The translations under genes were made by a program, and so were the position numbers. The notes under the pieces were generated by a model, which did no database searches, had not been told where the DNA came from, and saw only the letters and a list, made by a program, of their open reading frames with translations. Positions 36,916 to 50,336 of a DNA stretch of 64,000 nt are shown one piece after another (position 1 is the first letter of the stretch; the number at the start of each line of letters is the position of its first letter). The stretch comes from Mobula hypostoma (Eukaryota): positions 135,782,001-135,846,000 of the forward strand of contig NC_086097.1 of NCBI RefSeq assembly GCF_963921235.1, in the 5' to 3' direction.

Positions 36916-37712
36916 TCCTCTGTCTGTTCATTTTATCAATGGACATTGCAATTGAAAAATCAGACTAAACTAGCTCCAAGAATGTTAGCTGCATTTTGAA
37001 AGTGCTGGTGGTGGTGCAGATATGGGAACGTACTGATGTCTACTTTGTTTGCATTGAGATATTTTAGATGATGTAAACAATTTGGCCTGGCTGAAAAAGG
37101 AGTAGAGCCTTTTCCTGGGGCAAGAGCTCCTTCGGGTAAATGAGAAACCTGCACCCAATCATTCAGTGTCATCCTCGATTAAGAACAGATTCGATATGGT
37201 ACTGCTGGTAGTGACAGTGTTTATTTAGTGAAACATTATGCTATCTCACTGGGCCCAGTACCATGCCTTGAGCTCTAGAGGTCACGTACAAACAGGATGG
37301 TTTACAAACGCTGCTGAAAGATTGCTCAAGCACACTGTTGTGTAGTAGTAATGAAACAAATCGGTCTAATCAGACCATATTCCACAGAAAGCTCTTCCCA
37401 CACTAGCCTATCACTTTCTCTCTCAAGTATGTATCCAGCTTTGTGTGAATACTATCTAAGATAGTGAAATTCATAGACATTAGAAGGCTCATACTTTGTG
37501 ACAGATGTCCAAGGTTCAACAATAATGCTTTGCTAACATGTAAAGGCCCACATTGAGAGCAGTGTGGGCAGACAAGGAGGCACCTTGGAATCAGTGCTGT
37601 GTAGATTCACTGGATTGGATCCCCTGAAGGAGGGGTTGAGTAGGATGGGCTAATACTGGACCTCAGAAGAATACAAAACGGTATCCAGAATCAAGAAGAT
37701 AATACTTAAATA

Positions 37713-38527
37713 AGTGGATTCTGGTTAACTGGTAAATGTCGGGCCCAGTACATTTTGGCCCAATTAAGTGGCTGTCACAATTAGCTGAATTTAATGGAAA
37801 TGGTTAAAAAGGTATAAAAAAGACAAACTGAGCAACAAATTATGTATTTAACTGAAATACAGACCAAATTAGAACACCACCAATAGGACTACAGTGCTAT
37901 AAAACTGTGTATTAGTTCCTGATAGTTATCAATGGAGGAATTCATCTAGTGTATGCAATGAACAAAATCAGTGTAGACACCTAATGCTAATCCAGACACC
38001 TAATGGACTTCCTTCATATCATGCTATCACTGATTACATCCTCCAAATGTTCATTTTCATTGTAACATTCAAGATTATTTTCATTTTCTTCAAATTCTTC
38101 ATAGTTCCTAATTTGTTGAAGTAATGATATTGCTTTACTTTCACTCCCGGCCATTTCTGGCATATCCAAGTCTGAATGCTTGAGACCGCAGCGAGCAGAA
38201 CAATTTGGAATTGTTTTACTGCTTATTTCTCGCTGTCTGTCAGCGACAAAAATCACTGCTATTTGAACACAAATACATGCAACTGACACTACTTAAAAAC
38301 TACTTGTGCTTAGCATGGTCTAGTGCCTAACAATCACACAATTATGCACGTCTGATGCTAGTTAGAGTCTGTTCAGCAACAGTCTCCTGCCCCAATTAAC
38401 TGGCATAATATCCCAAATAAAATAGGGGAATTCTGGCAATTTTCTCAATTAGTTTTCGTTCTTTAAGAGTTGTCCCAAATAATAGGCAGCCCCATTAACC
38501 GATAGCCCAATTTACCGGAATCCACTG
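37713..38527 (-). mobile_element. Uninterrupted ~0.8-kb non-autonomous Tigger/pogo element
   Basis: TIRs agtggattctggttaactgg / ccaatttaccggaatccactg flanked by TA. ORF 38014-38289 (REISSKTIPNCSARCG) resembles the C-terminus of a Tigger transposase. Confidence 0.85.
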
Positions 38528-39034
38528 TACTTAAAAAAATCTCATCAAGTGATATTATATTCTGACTCACATCTTGAACAGTCCAGGCCCCAGTTGTTCC
38601 AATTCAGGTGACTGTTCATTTGGTCTCTATATTTTGTTTTACTTTCTTTAAATTTCCCATTTCTGACTATTAAACGTCATAGCAGATGTAGCTTTCATTT
38701 TGTAGACCACTTATGTTAAAACTTGAAATGGGGTATATTTTTATTTTGTCCCTGTCGTCTAAAATGGCCTAACACTAAATGGCCATTTAGTTCAAGGGCC
38801 ATCATAGAAGGACAGTAAATGTTAGCAGATGCTAAAATTACAATAAATATAATCATAACCGAAATGCTGGAATGCCAGCAGCTGTGAGCAAGGTTGCTTG
38901 AGGTTATAGTTTGCTCTGTGCAGTTCCCAGAAGTACCCATTCAGCTGACCACTCTGAGGTGCATTATCATGGGTTTGGAGGTGAGCAGTGAGCCGAGAGT
39001 TCTCACCCCCAATTTCCCACTGACCGTTGCACAA

Positions 39035-39655
39035 TACTGAGCCTGGCGTTGAGGAGTGAACATCGCCAGTAGCCTGTCCTAGTCAAACCATGTATCCATT
39101 GTCACGGCTAAGAAAACACAGCATCACCTCTGCTTCCTCAAGCTGTTAAAGTAATTTGCCATTATCTCCTTTGACCCCCACCATAGAGGTAAACCATCCT
39201 ATCTGAATACATCACAACTTGGTATGACAATTGCTGTGCCGGTAAACTGCAGAGAGTTGTGGACACAGCTCAGCAGATCACAGATAACAGATTACCCTCT
39301 GTGGACTCTGTCTACACTTTTCGCTGCCTCGGTAAAGCAGTCAACGTAGGAGGAAGCCAGAAAACCTCAGTACGACCACCCCAGACATTCTCTTTTCTTT
39401 GAAATCCCATTGGACAGAAGATACAAAAGCCTGAAAGTAAGCACTACCAGATCGAAGGACAGCTTCTAGCCCACTGTTATAATACAAAGAATGTGCCCCT
39501 AGTACGATAAGCTGGATTCTGGACCTCGCTACTAAGGCACTAATGCCTTGGCTTTGCATCTTACAGTCTGCCTACACCACGCTCTCTCTGGAAGTGTAAG
39601 ACTCCATTCTGCATTCTGTTATTGTTTTCCCCTTCTACCATCTCAATGCACAGAT
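39035..39655 (+). mobile_element. Degenerate Rex1-type LINE 3' end
   Basis: Homologous to 36205-36915; KLQRVVDTAQQIT remnant. Confidence 0.7.
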
Positions 39656-39751
39656 GTCAAGTCAAGTCAAGTTTATTGTCATTTAACTATATACACATAT
39701 GCCGTCAAGTGAGACAATGTTTCTCCAGAGCAGGGCACGGTAGTGCACATA

Positions 39752-39772
39752 TGCGCACGCACACGCACGCGA

Positions 39773-39826
<54 letters not shown>

Positions 39827-39835
39827 ACACACATA
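39752..39835. repeat. (CA)n microsatellite
   Basis: Directly visible. Confidence 0.95.
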
Positions 39836-41549
39836 TAAAACACAATAACTTAGGAAAGTAGGAATTAAACCTACAAATGACAAATGTATGAAATGATGAG
39901 ATGGAATTATCTTTATGGAAGGTATACAGAAGGAAGTTTTCACTCTACCTCTGTACATGTGACATGAATAGGCCAATGACCAATTTATCATCTTGTTACT
40001 TGTGTGGGACTCCAAAGCACATAGTGTGTCAATATCATTCAGTTTGGGACCACCTGAGAATAAATGTGTGCGGGCCAAGTGCTTGGGTCACTGAAACTAT
40101 ATAGTGAAAGGATTACAAAGTCGTAATTGTGTAGGGCACCCAATTTCCCATTTAGATATGTGGCATCCCATTACACATAGAGAATGTTGGCAATCCACCT
40201 ACTCCCCCCCCTCGCTCTCCCCTTCTCCATGGGTGCGGGGTTCTGGATTTACAAGTCCCAGTCTCCCCACAGCAGCTGCGAAATTTTAAAAAGTACAAAC
40301 CACCTGGCCCCAGCTCAACTCTGTAATGGTGACCATAAAACCACTGCATTGTTGTATGAACCTTGAAAATGTCTTTCAGGGGGAGGAAATCTGCCTCCTT
40401 GCCCAGTCTGTTGATTCAAGACTGCAGACACATCAAAGGAGATGATTGTTAAATGCCTTCTTAAAGTAGCCCAGCAAGTCATTAAGTTCAAGGCCAAATA
40501 TGGATAGGCGATAGATGTAAATGTGTGCTTAAAGATGAATAGGTTTTAAACACAAATGTTGGAAACACTCACTGGGTTGTGCAGTATTTCTGGGGGTGGG
40601 GGGACAGTGGAGAAACAGATAACGCCCAAGGTCACTGTCATTCTGTTGAAACAATTTCTGTTAATATTTCAATTTTCCAGCATCCACATTCTTTGCATTT
40701 CAGATTATCTTTACCTTGCTGCCTGCCTCCTAAACGGGACCCGAACCATGTTGCACACAATGCTCAGCTTTCACTGCTACCCTTCCACGGTTGTCATAGC
40801 AACATCGAAACTTATCCTGTCTTCCCCACTCCTATCAGGCCAACAGCTTTATCACTCTCAACACTCAGCAGCAGGGCCTTTGCTCCTTGGTTTTCTTTGT
40901 AACTTAACACTTTGTCACTCCCTATTGATTTAATTATAAATCTAATGGGGAGTATGCAGTGTATTGGTTACAATTCAAAAAACAAGTGGCAAAATTCTTC
41001 ATGCTTGTTCCAAAGCAGTTGTAAAACTGCTTCAAAACCTCAGCATACCCACTGCAGTCAGAAGCATCCCAGAATAATACTGCTACTGGGTGCTGGTGTA
41101 CCAGCACGTCTGGAAGTGTGAGAGCTGGCTGCCTTTCATGGGGTCTTGGGAAACGTGCCTGGAGTTTCAAGGATGAGACATGTTTGCTTGCCAGAAGCAG
41201 GATAAAGGCCAGTGGAAAACTTCTGCTGGTATCTCTGTGGAGAATTTTCCCACAGCTACCCACACAGAGTGCACAATGACGCACTCGGAAACCTCCTGAG
41301 ATAGGCAGGAGGCAGTCTGGCTGGCATCAGGGAGTGGATGCCTCGAACAGGACCCAGGTGATGACAGGCTGAGATAACAGAGGAAAAGCCTGAAACAGAC
41401 GAGGGTTACTCGCCAGCTCGAAATACCACAAAACGCCAAACCAAACATGTATGACTTTATTATAGAACTACCCCGAGTCAATGGGTCAGGTTCACCTCTG
41501 GGTGAGTGCGAGCTATCAGGAACATGGCAGCAAGAAAAAAGGATGTTAC

Positions 41550-41885
41550 TGGGCCTCAGCTGGTAGAGCCACTGACTCACAGCTCCAGTGCCCCAGCTTT
41601 AATCCTGACCTTTGGTGCTGCCTGTGTGGGGAGTTTCCCCTGTGATCGCATGGGGTTCCTCCAGACCCTCTGGTTTCATCCCACACCTCAGGGACATGCA
41701 GGCCAGGGTGCCCACTGCAAACGGCTCCTTAGTGTGTACGTAAGTGTTAGAATTTGGGGGGAGATGATGGGAATGTGGGGAGAATAGAGGGAGAGGGTAG
41801 GATGAATGTAAAGGGGTGGTTGATGGTTAGCACAAGCTTGGTGGGCCAAAGGGCCTGATTCACTGCTGTATCTCTCTATAATTCT
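41550..41885 (+). mobile_element. HE1/V-SINE-like SINE
   Basis: tRNA-like head (cagctggtagagcc..ctcacagctccag), central domain, and CR1-like tail gtgggccaaagggcctg. Confidence 0.75.
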
Positions 41886-41999
41886 CTGATATAATGTCCT
41901 AATGTGTATCATTCCACGGTGAAAGCTTTTGGGCATTTTTATCTGTGCCAGTAACCGAGAGGGTCTCCCCCAACAGGGTTATAGGAAACAGATTATGTA

Positions 42000-43400
42000 A
42001 AGATACTTTATACTTTATTGTCACCAAACAATTCATACTAGAATGTACAATCATTACAGTGATATTTGATTCTGTGCTTCCTGCTCCCTGGATTACAAAT
42101 ACTAAATATTAAAAATAGTAAAAATTAGTAAATATTAAAAATTTAAATTATAAATCATAAATAGAAAATAGAAAAATGGAAAGTAAGGTAGTGCAAAAAA
42201 AACCAAGAGGCAGGTCCGGATATTTGGAGGGTACGGCCCAGATCCGGGTCAGGATCCGTTCAGCAGTCTTATCACAACTGGAAAGAAGCTGTTCCCAAAT
42301 CTGGCCATACGAGTCTTCAAGCACCTGAGCCTTCTCCTGGAGGGAAGAGGGACAAAAAGTCTGTTGGCTGGGTGGGTCATGTCCTTGATTGTCCTGGCAG
42401 CACTGCTCCGACAGCGTCGGTGTAAAGTGAGTCCAAGGACGGAAGATTGGTTTGTGTGATATGCTGCACCGTGTTCATGATCTTCTGCAGCTTCTTTTGG
42501 TCTTGGACAGGACAACTTCCATACCAGGTTGTGATGCACCCTAGAAGAATGCTTTCTACGGTGCATCTATAAAAATTAGCAAGGGTTTTAGGGGAACAGG
42601 GCAAATTTTTTCTCAGGAAATAAAGGCGCTGGTGAGCCTTCTTGGCAGTGAACTCTGCTTGGTTGGACCAAGTCAGGTCATTTGTGATATTAACCCTGAG
42701 GAACTTAAAGCTTTTGACCTGTTCCACTTGCGCACCACCGATGAAAATGGGGTCGTGCGGTCCGCTACTCCTTCTGAAGTCAACAACCAATTCCTTCGTC
42801 TTGCTGACGTTGAGGGATAGGTTATTGTCTTTGCACCATCCCACCAGGTTCTTAATTTCCTCTCTGTACTCAAACTCATCATTACCCGAGATATGGCCTA
42901 CAATTGTTGTGTCATCAGCAAACTTATATATTGAGTTTGATGGAAATTTGGCTACACAATCATGGGTGTACAGTGAGTACAGCAGGGGGCTGAGTACACA
43001 GCCTTGTGGGGCACCGGTGCTCAGAGTGATTGTAGAGGAGAGCTTGTCCCCTATTTTGACAGCCTGAGTCCTGTCTGTGAGGAAGTTGATGATCCAGCCG
43101 CAGATCTGAGTGTTAAGGCCCAGGTTCTGGAGCTTAGGAATCAGTTTATTTGGAATGATGGTATTAAAGGCAGAGCTGTAGTCGATGAAAAGGAGCCTTA
43201 CGTATGCGTCTTTATTTTCCAGGTGTTCTAAGGAGGAATGTAGGACCAGAGAGATGGCATCTGCCGTTGACCTGTTGCTCCGGTAGGCGAATTGCAAAGC
43301 GTCGAGGTTGACCGGTAGGCTGTGGTTGATGTGTGCCATAACCAATCGCTCGAAGCACTTCATAGCAATTGATGTCAGAGCCACAGGTCCATAGTCATCC
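42000..43400 (-). mobile_element. Rex1/Babar-type LINE (second family), 5'-truncated
   Basis: ORF 42377-43384: [54 protein letters not shown]. Confidence 0.92.
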
Positions 43401-43584
43401 AGCTCCCTCTCAGATGATGAATGGTCAGTAGGCAGTTGTTGGAAAAATATCCAAGCATATCCTCAGATTGGCTTTATTAAGCTTCAAAGGTTCAAAGGTT
43501 CATTTTTATTATCAAAGTGTACAATTCTGAAATTCTTCTTCTTCAGATAGCCACGAAACCAAGAAAGAAAAGAGCCGCAGCACA

Positions 43585-45920
43585 ATCATCAGACTCTCCC
43601 CCCAAATCCCTCCTCCCTGCCCAAAAATACTGGACAAAAATGGAACAGGCAACATCAGACTCTCCCCCCAAATCCCTCCTCTCTGCCCAAAAATACTGGA
43701 CAAAAATGGAACAGGCAACATCAGACTCTCCCCCCAAATCCCTCCTCCCTGCCCAAAAATACTGGACAAAAATGGAACAGGCAACATCAGACTCTCCCCC
43801 CAAATCCCTCCTCCCTGCCCAAAAATACTGGACAAAAATGGAACAGGCAACATCAGACTCTCCCCCCAAATCCCTCCTCCCTGCCCAAAAATACTGGACA
43901 AAAATGGAACAGGCAACATCAGACTCTCCCCCAAATCCCTCCTCCCTGCCCAAAAATACTGGACAAAAATGGAACAGGCAACATCAGGCTCTCCCCCCAA
44001 ATCCCTCCTCCCTGCCAAAAAATACTGGACAAAAATGGAACAGGCAACATCAACACCCAAATCCCTCCTCCCTGCCCAAAAATACTGGACAAAAATGGAA
44101 CAGGCAACATCAGACTCTCCCCCAAATCCCTCCTCCCTGCCCAAAAATACTGGACAAAAATGGAACAGGCAACATCAGACTCTCCCCCCAAATCCCTCCT
44201 CCCTGCCCAAAAATACTGGACAAAAATGGAACAGGCAACATCAGACTCTCCCCCCAAATCCCTCTTCCCTGCCCAAAAATACTGGACAAAAATGGAACAG
44301 GCAACATCAGACTCTCCCCCAAATCCCTCCTCCCTGCCCAAAAATACTGGACAAAAATGGAACAGGCAACATCAGACTCTCCCCCCAAATCCCTCCTCCC
44401 TGCCCAAAAATACTGGACAAAAATGGAACAGGCAACATCAGACTCTCCCCCCAAATCCCTCCTCCCTGCCCAAAAATACTGGACAAAAATGGAACAGGCA
44501 ACATCAGACTCTCCCCCCAAATCCCTCCTCCCTGCCCAAAAATACTGGACAAAAATGGAACAGGCAACATCAGACTCTCCCCCAAATCCCTCCTCCCTGC
44601 CCAAAAATACTGGACAAAAATGGAACAGGCAACATCAGACTCTCCCCCCAAATCCCTCCTCCCTGCCCAAAAATACTGGACAAAAATGGAACAGGCAACA
44701 TCAGACTCTCCCCCAAATCCCTCCTCCCTGCCCAAAAATACTGGACAAAAATGGAACAGGCAACATCAGACTCTCCCCCAAATCCCTCCTCCCTGCCCAA
44801 AAATACTGGACAAAAATGGAACAGGCAACATCAGACTCTCCCCCCAAATCCCTCCTCCCTGCCCAAAAATACTGGACAAAAATGGAACAGGCAACATCAG
44901 ACTCTCCCCCCAAATCCCTCCTCCCTGCCCAAAAATACTGGACAAAAATGGAACAGGCAACATCAGACTCTCCCCCAAATCCCTCCTCCCTGCCCAAAAA
45001 TACTGGACAAAAATGGAACAGGCAACATCAGACTCTCCCCCAAATCCCTCCTCCCTGCCCAAAAATACTGGACAAAAATGGAACAGGCAACATCAGACTC
45101 TCCCCCCAAATCCCTCCTCCCTGCCCAAAAATACTGGACAAAAATGGAACAGGCAACATCAGACTCTCCCCCAAATCCCTCCTCCCTGCCCAAAAATACT
45201 GGACAAAAATGGAACAGGCAACATCAGACTCTCCCCCAAATCCCTCCTCCCTGCCCAAAAATACTGGACAAAAATGGAACAGGCAACATCAGACTCTCCC
45301 CCAAATCCCTCCTCCTTGCCCAAAAATACTGGACAAAAATGGAACAGGCAGCATCAACACCCAAATCCCTCCTCCCTGCCCAAAAATACTGGACAAAAAT
45401 GGAACAGGCAACATCAACCCCCAAATCCCTCCTCCCTGCCCAAAAATACTGGACAAAAATGGAACAGGCAACATCAACCCCCAAATCCCTCCTCGCTGCC
45501 CAAAAATACTGGACAAAAATGGAACAGGCAACATCAACCCCCAAATCCCTCCTCCCTGCCCAAAAATACTGGACAAAAATGGAACAGGCAACATCAGCCC
45601 CCAAATCCCTCCTCCCTGCCCAAAAATACTGGACAAAAATGGAACAGGCAACATCAACACCCAAATCCCTCCTCCCTGCCCAAAAATACTGGACAAAAAT
45701 GGAACAGGCAACATTAGCCCCCAAATCCCTCCTCCCTGCCCAAAAATACTGGACAAAAATGGAACAGGCAACATCAGCCCCCAAATCCCTCCTCCCTGCC
45801 CAAAAATACTGGACAAAAATGGAACAGGCAACATCAACACCCAAATCCCTCCTCCCTGCCCAAAAATACTGGACAAAAATGGAACAGGCAACATCAACAC
45901 CCAAATCCCCCTCCCCCATA
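43585..45920. repeat. Minisatellite of ~37 units (about 26 of 65/66 bp, 11 of 60 bp)
   Basis: Unit acatcagactctcccccc-aaatccctcctccctgcccaaaaatactggacaaaaatggaacaggca; very homogeneous. Confidence 0.98.
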
Positions 45921-46059
45921 CTCAAAAATAAATGAGAAAGATCAGGTGGAAAACACAGAATACAAAAAACCACAAGATTGAAAAGAAGAGTCTATAGTCC
46001 AAGTCCATACCCAAAACGATGAAAACCTGCGTAACATTCTCCGGGCACAGCGACAGGCC

Positions 46060-46200
46060 TATCCCTCTCTGGCTGTGAGTGATCCCACCAGTGATCAAAA
46101 GGCAATCTCTCCCTCTCTGACAGCAGAGTGATTCCATCAGAGATCAAAAGGCAATCTCTCCCTCTCTGACAGCAGAGCGATTCCCCCAACAATCAAAATG
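46060..46200. repeat. ~3 copies of a 49-bp direct repeat
   Basis: gatcaaaaggcaatctctccctctctgacagcagag at 46093 and 46142. Confidence 0.85.
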
Positions 46201-47544
46201 CAGGCAGCTGGCGCTCACCTTCTGCATTCACCTCGATGTGTCAATCCCCCTCGTCACTTTAATCGGCAACTAATGGAAGCTTTATTTGGCAAAGTGGAGT
46301 TGAAAATCGGCTCGCGCCCCTTCCCACAGACTTCTTGCCATGATGTTCCCGCTCACTGCTTCTGTCTCCCAGAATCGTCTCGAAGATTGCTGAGTGCTGA
46401 AACAGCCAAACAATCTCCAAACTGCAACTCACGGGCTCCAACAGTTCCAGAATCACATTCAAGATGAAAAACAAACGTAAAAGAAGTGAAATATATGGTT
46501 TCATGATCTACCCTGAAGATGTTGACTGAAGGAGCATTTACACAGGTGCCATCTTGACTGGCCAATTAAGGCATGCATTGAAATACATCGTTTGCATCAG
46601 GCCGTATGCAAGTGCGGGCAGGCCGCAAAAGCTAACATGCTTCTGGTGCCCAGCTTGCATGTCCACAATTCACTAACCCTATCTGTACGTCTTTGGAATG
46701 AGGAAGGAAACTGGAGCACCCAGGGGAAACACACATGGTCACAGGAAGATATTATTAACTCCACACAGACAGAAACAAGAATTGAACTTCGATCTTCTGA
46801 TTGTTGACGCTGTAAAGTGTGACACTAACCACTACTCCACTGTGCTGCGTAGCATATTTCAGGAGAGAGTATTTGGCCTTGGTCCTAAGGACTTCAGCAA
46901 CACCTATTCCACGTTAAAATAAGAATTCCATCATCCTCCAGTTTGAAGTTTATTAATTCCAGTTTTACGACACCAGAATTTGCCGCCAAAAATATCATGA
47001 AATCATGAAAGGAGTTTGGGTGAATGAGTTTCCACTTTTGGTGGGGGGGAGCGGTGACCAGAAGACCTGCAGGGTAGGGGGTCCACATAAGAACCAGGAG
47101 GAGTTGGGATCATCCCATTTGTGCAGCCGGCTACTGTGATTCATCAGGAGCCACTGAGAAGGTGGAAGCAGATTAGCAACGGGTTCAGGAGCTTCTCCCA
47201 ACAAAAGCAGACGTTGATAATAAGATGCACTAGCTAAGGAGAAGAAGATCAAGAACTCAGACTTGTGGTCTACCGGGCAGCAATAACCTGATTTCAAGGA
47301 GCCAGCATAAGCATGATGAGTTAAATGGCCTCCTTCACGAATGCATCGTTTATTACAATCTTATCACAACCATTTTGAAGAAGGAGATTCCTACAGTGAA
47401 GAATCTCGTCTGTGCCAATAATTCTCTGGCTCTTTGCCAAGTTCCCATTCTTAACAGAGAGAAAGAAGCCAGTTGAGACATTGTTCCTAATTGGCATTTT
47501 GGCACATGCAAAATCATTCTGATTATCTACAAAGATACATTAGT

Positions 47545-48410
47545 CAAATCAGGTCCAGTTTATTGTCATTTAACTATACACAGGTATATAAAGTATATAA
47601 CCATGTACTGTATATAGAAATGAGACAACATTTCTCTGATCTAGGCTGTAAAGCACAGTAATACACATCACCCACAATAACTTACGAAGTCTGCAGATGA
47701 ATCACGCATGAATAACAAACTAAAGTGCTTAAGTTAAATATTGTAATGTACGGAACAGATTAACCAGAGACACTTCAAATAGAATGTGGCCGGGAGTTCA
47801 GAAGCTTAATGGCCTGGGGGAAGAAGCTATTTCTCATCCTGACTATTCTTGATTTTATACATCGTAGTCTCCTGCCTGATGGTAGAAAGTCAAAGAGGAT
47901 TCTGGATGGATGGGCGGGATCCTTAATAATACAAAGGTCCCTGTGTACACAGCACTCCTGATAAATGTCTCTGATGAATGGTAGGAGACCCCTATGATCC
48001 TTACAAATATTCTCACAGTCCTTTGTAGGGACTTATGGTCCAAGGTTCGCTGCTCCCATACCAGATGGAAATGAAATTTGTCAGGACGCTCACAATGTTG
48101 CTCCTGTAAAATACAGTTAAGTTGGGGAAGGGCGTCTTGCTTGCCTCAATATTCTTAGGAATTGGAGGCACTGCTGTGCCTTCTTGTTCAAGGAGGTGAT
48201 ACTAAGGGACCAGGTGAGGTCATCCGTGGTGTTAACCTCTAGGAACTTGGTGCACTTAAGTCTCTTTACAGAGGAGTCATGTAATCGCAGAGGGAGATGA
48301 TTCATCTCCATCTTTCTGAAGTCCACAATGATTCCCTTATTCTTCTCCACGTTCAGACTTCAGCTGTTCCTCTCACACCAGCTGCTCCACTTCTCTCTGT
48401 ACTCCAACAA
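47545..48410 (-). mobile_element. Degenerate Rex1-type LINE 3' region
   Basis: ORF 48117-48350: IVDFRK..TKFLEV..DDLTWS..KKAQQCLQFLR. Confidence 0.8.
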
Positions 48411-49359
48411 AATGATCATTGGGTTGCTATACTGCGCCATGATTAAGGTTGTGTAAGTCGGATGGTTGAAGCGAAGTGCCTGTACTTGAACCTGGTGGTG
48501 TGGGACTTCAGAGTTCTGTACCTTCTGCCCTGAATGTAGTTGTAAGAAGATGACATGGACCCAACGATGGGGATCTTTGATGAAGCAGTGCCTTCAGCAG
48601 GAACTGCCAATGTGGAGAGGGCTGCGCCTGCTTTGGGCGAGTCCAGCACTCTGATTGATTGTGGTGTTATCAGAACAAACTGATGACCCATTATGAAATT
48701 CAGAGGTACCTCTGGAACTTGGTGCACTTGCTTGGAATAACGCAGTTGCTTACTTCAGACTAAGAGGAGGCAAGATGTCCTTTCTCAGTGGGTTTTGTAG
48801 CAGGTGGTGGAAGCTGAGTCTTTGAACAACTTGGATTTTTGATAAGTGAGAGGATGAAAGATTACTGGTATTGGGCAGGAATATGGAGCTATAGTTACAG
48901 TCAACTGAATGGTGGGGCCAGCATGAAGGGCCAAGAGACCTGCTCTGGCTCCTAACCTATCTTTGCATGCCCCAATATATTTCTGAATAACTTACCACAT
49001 GTGGTGGATCTTTAAAAAAAAAGACATTAGTCATAAAAATACATCTAAAAAATGCAACACATTCAGAGTACAGCTTTCTTTAGATTAAGTTAATATACAA
49101 TACATCTTACAGTGCATCAACACGTCTTACAATATCAATGCCACTCTTATTTTCTCTTGAAACAATTCATCTTCAAAGTGTTTGGAGGTTGTTATACAGG
49201 AAATAGTCCCTCAGTGTTCAGTAGTGGTAGGACTGCAGTCCTTTCCGGGGACTGACATAGGCTTCAATGTGTCCCTCAGCACAGGCTTCTGCTGCCTGGA
49301 AAGTCAAAGTCAATGTCAGGTTTGTTGTCATATATGCACAAGAACCAACAGGCGCATCC

Positions 49360-50336
49360 CCTTGGATGAGGGAATTAAATGCAGCATCTCCAAGTTTACG
49401 GATGACACGAAGCTGGGTGGCAGTGTTAGCTGTGAGGAGGATGCTAAGAGGATGCAGGGTGACTTGGATAGGTTGGGTGAGTGGGCAAACTCATGGCAGA
49501 TGCAATTTAATGTGGATAAATGTGAAGTTATCCACTTTGGTGGCAAAAATAGGAAAACAGATTATTATCTGAATGGTGGCCGATTAGGAAAAGGGGAGGT
49601 GCAACGAGACCTGGGTGTCATTATACACCAGTCATTGAAAGTGGGCATGCAGGTACAGCAGGCAGTGAAAAAGGCGAATGGTATGCTGGCATTTATAGTG
49701 AGAGGATTCGAGTACAGGAGCAGGGAGGTACTACTGCAGTTGTACAAGGCCTTGGTGAGACCACACCTGGAGTATTGTGTGCAGTTTTGGTCCCCTAATC
49801 TGAGGAAAGACATCTTTGCCATAGAGGGAGTACAAAGAAGGTTCACCAGATTGATTCCTGGGATGGCAGGACTTTCATATGAAGAAAGACTGGATGAACT
49901 GGGCTTGTACTCGTTGGAATTTAGAAGATTGAGGGGGGATCTGATTGAAACGTATAAGATCCTAAAGGGATTGGACAGGCTAGATGCAGGAAGATTGTTC
50001 CCGATGTTGGGGAAGTCCAGAACGAGAGGTCACAGTTTGAGGATAGAGGGGAAGCCTTTTAGGACCGAGATTAGGAAAAACTTCTTCACACAGAGAGTGG
50101 TGAATCTGTGGAATTCTCTGCCACAGCAAACTGTTGAGGCCAGTTCATTGGCTATGTTTAAGAGGGAATTAAATATGGCCCTTGTGGCTACAGGGGTCAG
50201 GGGGTATGGAGGGAAGGCTGGGGTGGGGTTCTGAGTTGGATGATCAGCCATGATCATAATAAATGGCGGTGCAGGCTCGAAGGGCTGAATGGCCTACTCC
50301 TGCACCTATTTTCTCTATGTTTCTATGTTTCTATGT
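49360..50336 (+). mobile_element. Young CR1 LINE 3' fragment with an open RT C-terminus
   Basis: ORF 49182-50234 is CR1 from [17 protein letters not shown] onward; (tttctatg)n tail. Confidence 0.93.

Larger units (their letters stand above)
43483..46560 (-). mobile_element. Non-autonomous retroelement hosting the large minisatellite
   Basis: Minus strand has AATAAA plus a (gaaccttt)n tail at ~43483-43510 and a putative 5' end caagatggc at ~46548-46556. A relative without the expanded array lies at 60130-60500. Confidence 0.6.

Noticed and set aside
43585..45920. CRISPR array
   Set aside because: No unique spacers, no cas genes, and a eukaryotic context.
43517..45935. ORFs of 804, 591 and 582 aa, plus many minus-strand ORFs
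   Set aside because: The repeat unit has no stop codon in any plus frame, and frames swap at each C5/C6 indel. These are tandem-repeat artefacts.
49182..49360. Novel N-terminus fused to an RT (350-aa ORF)
   Set aside because: Non-ATG start and chance read-through from flanking DNA into a 5'-truncated CR1.
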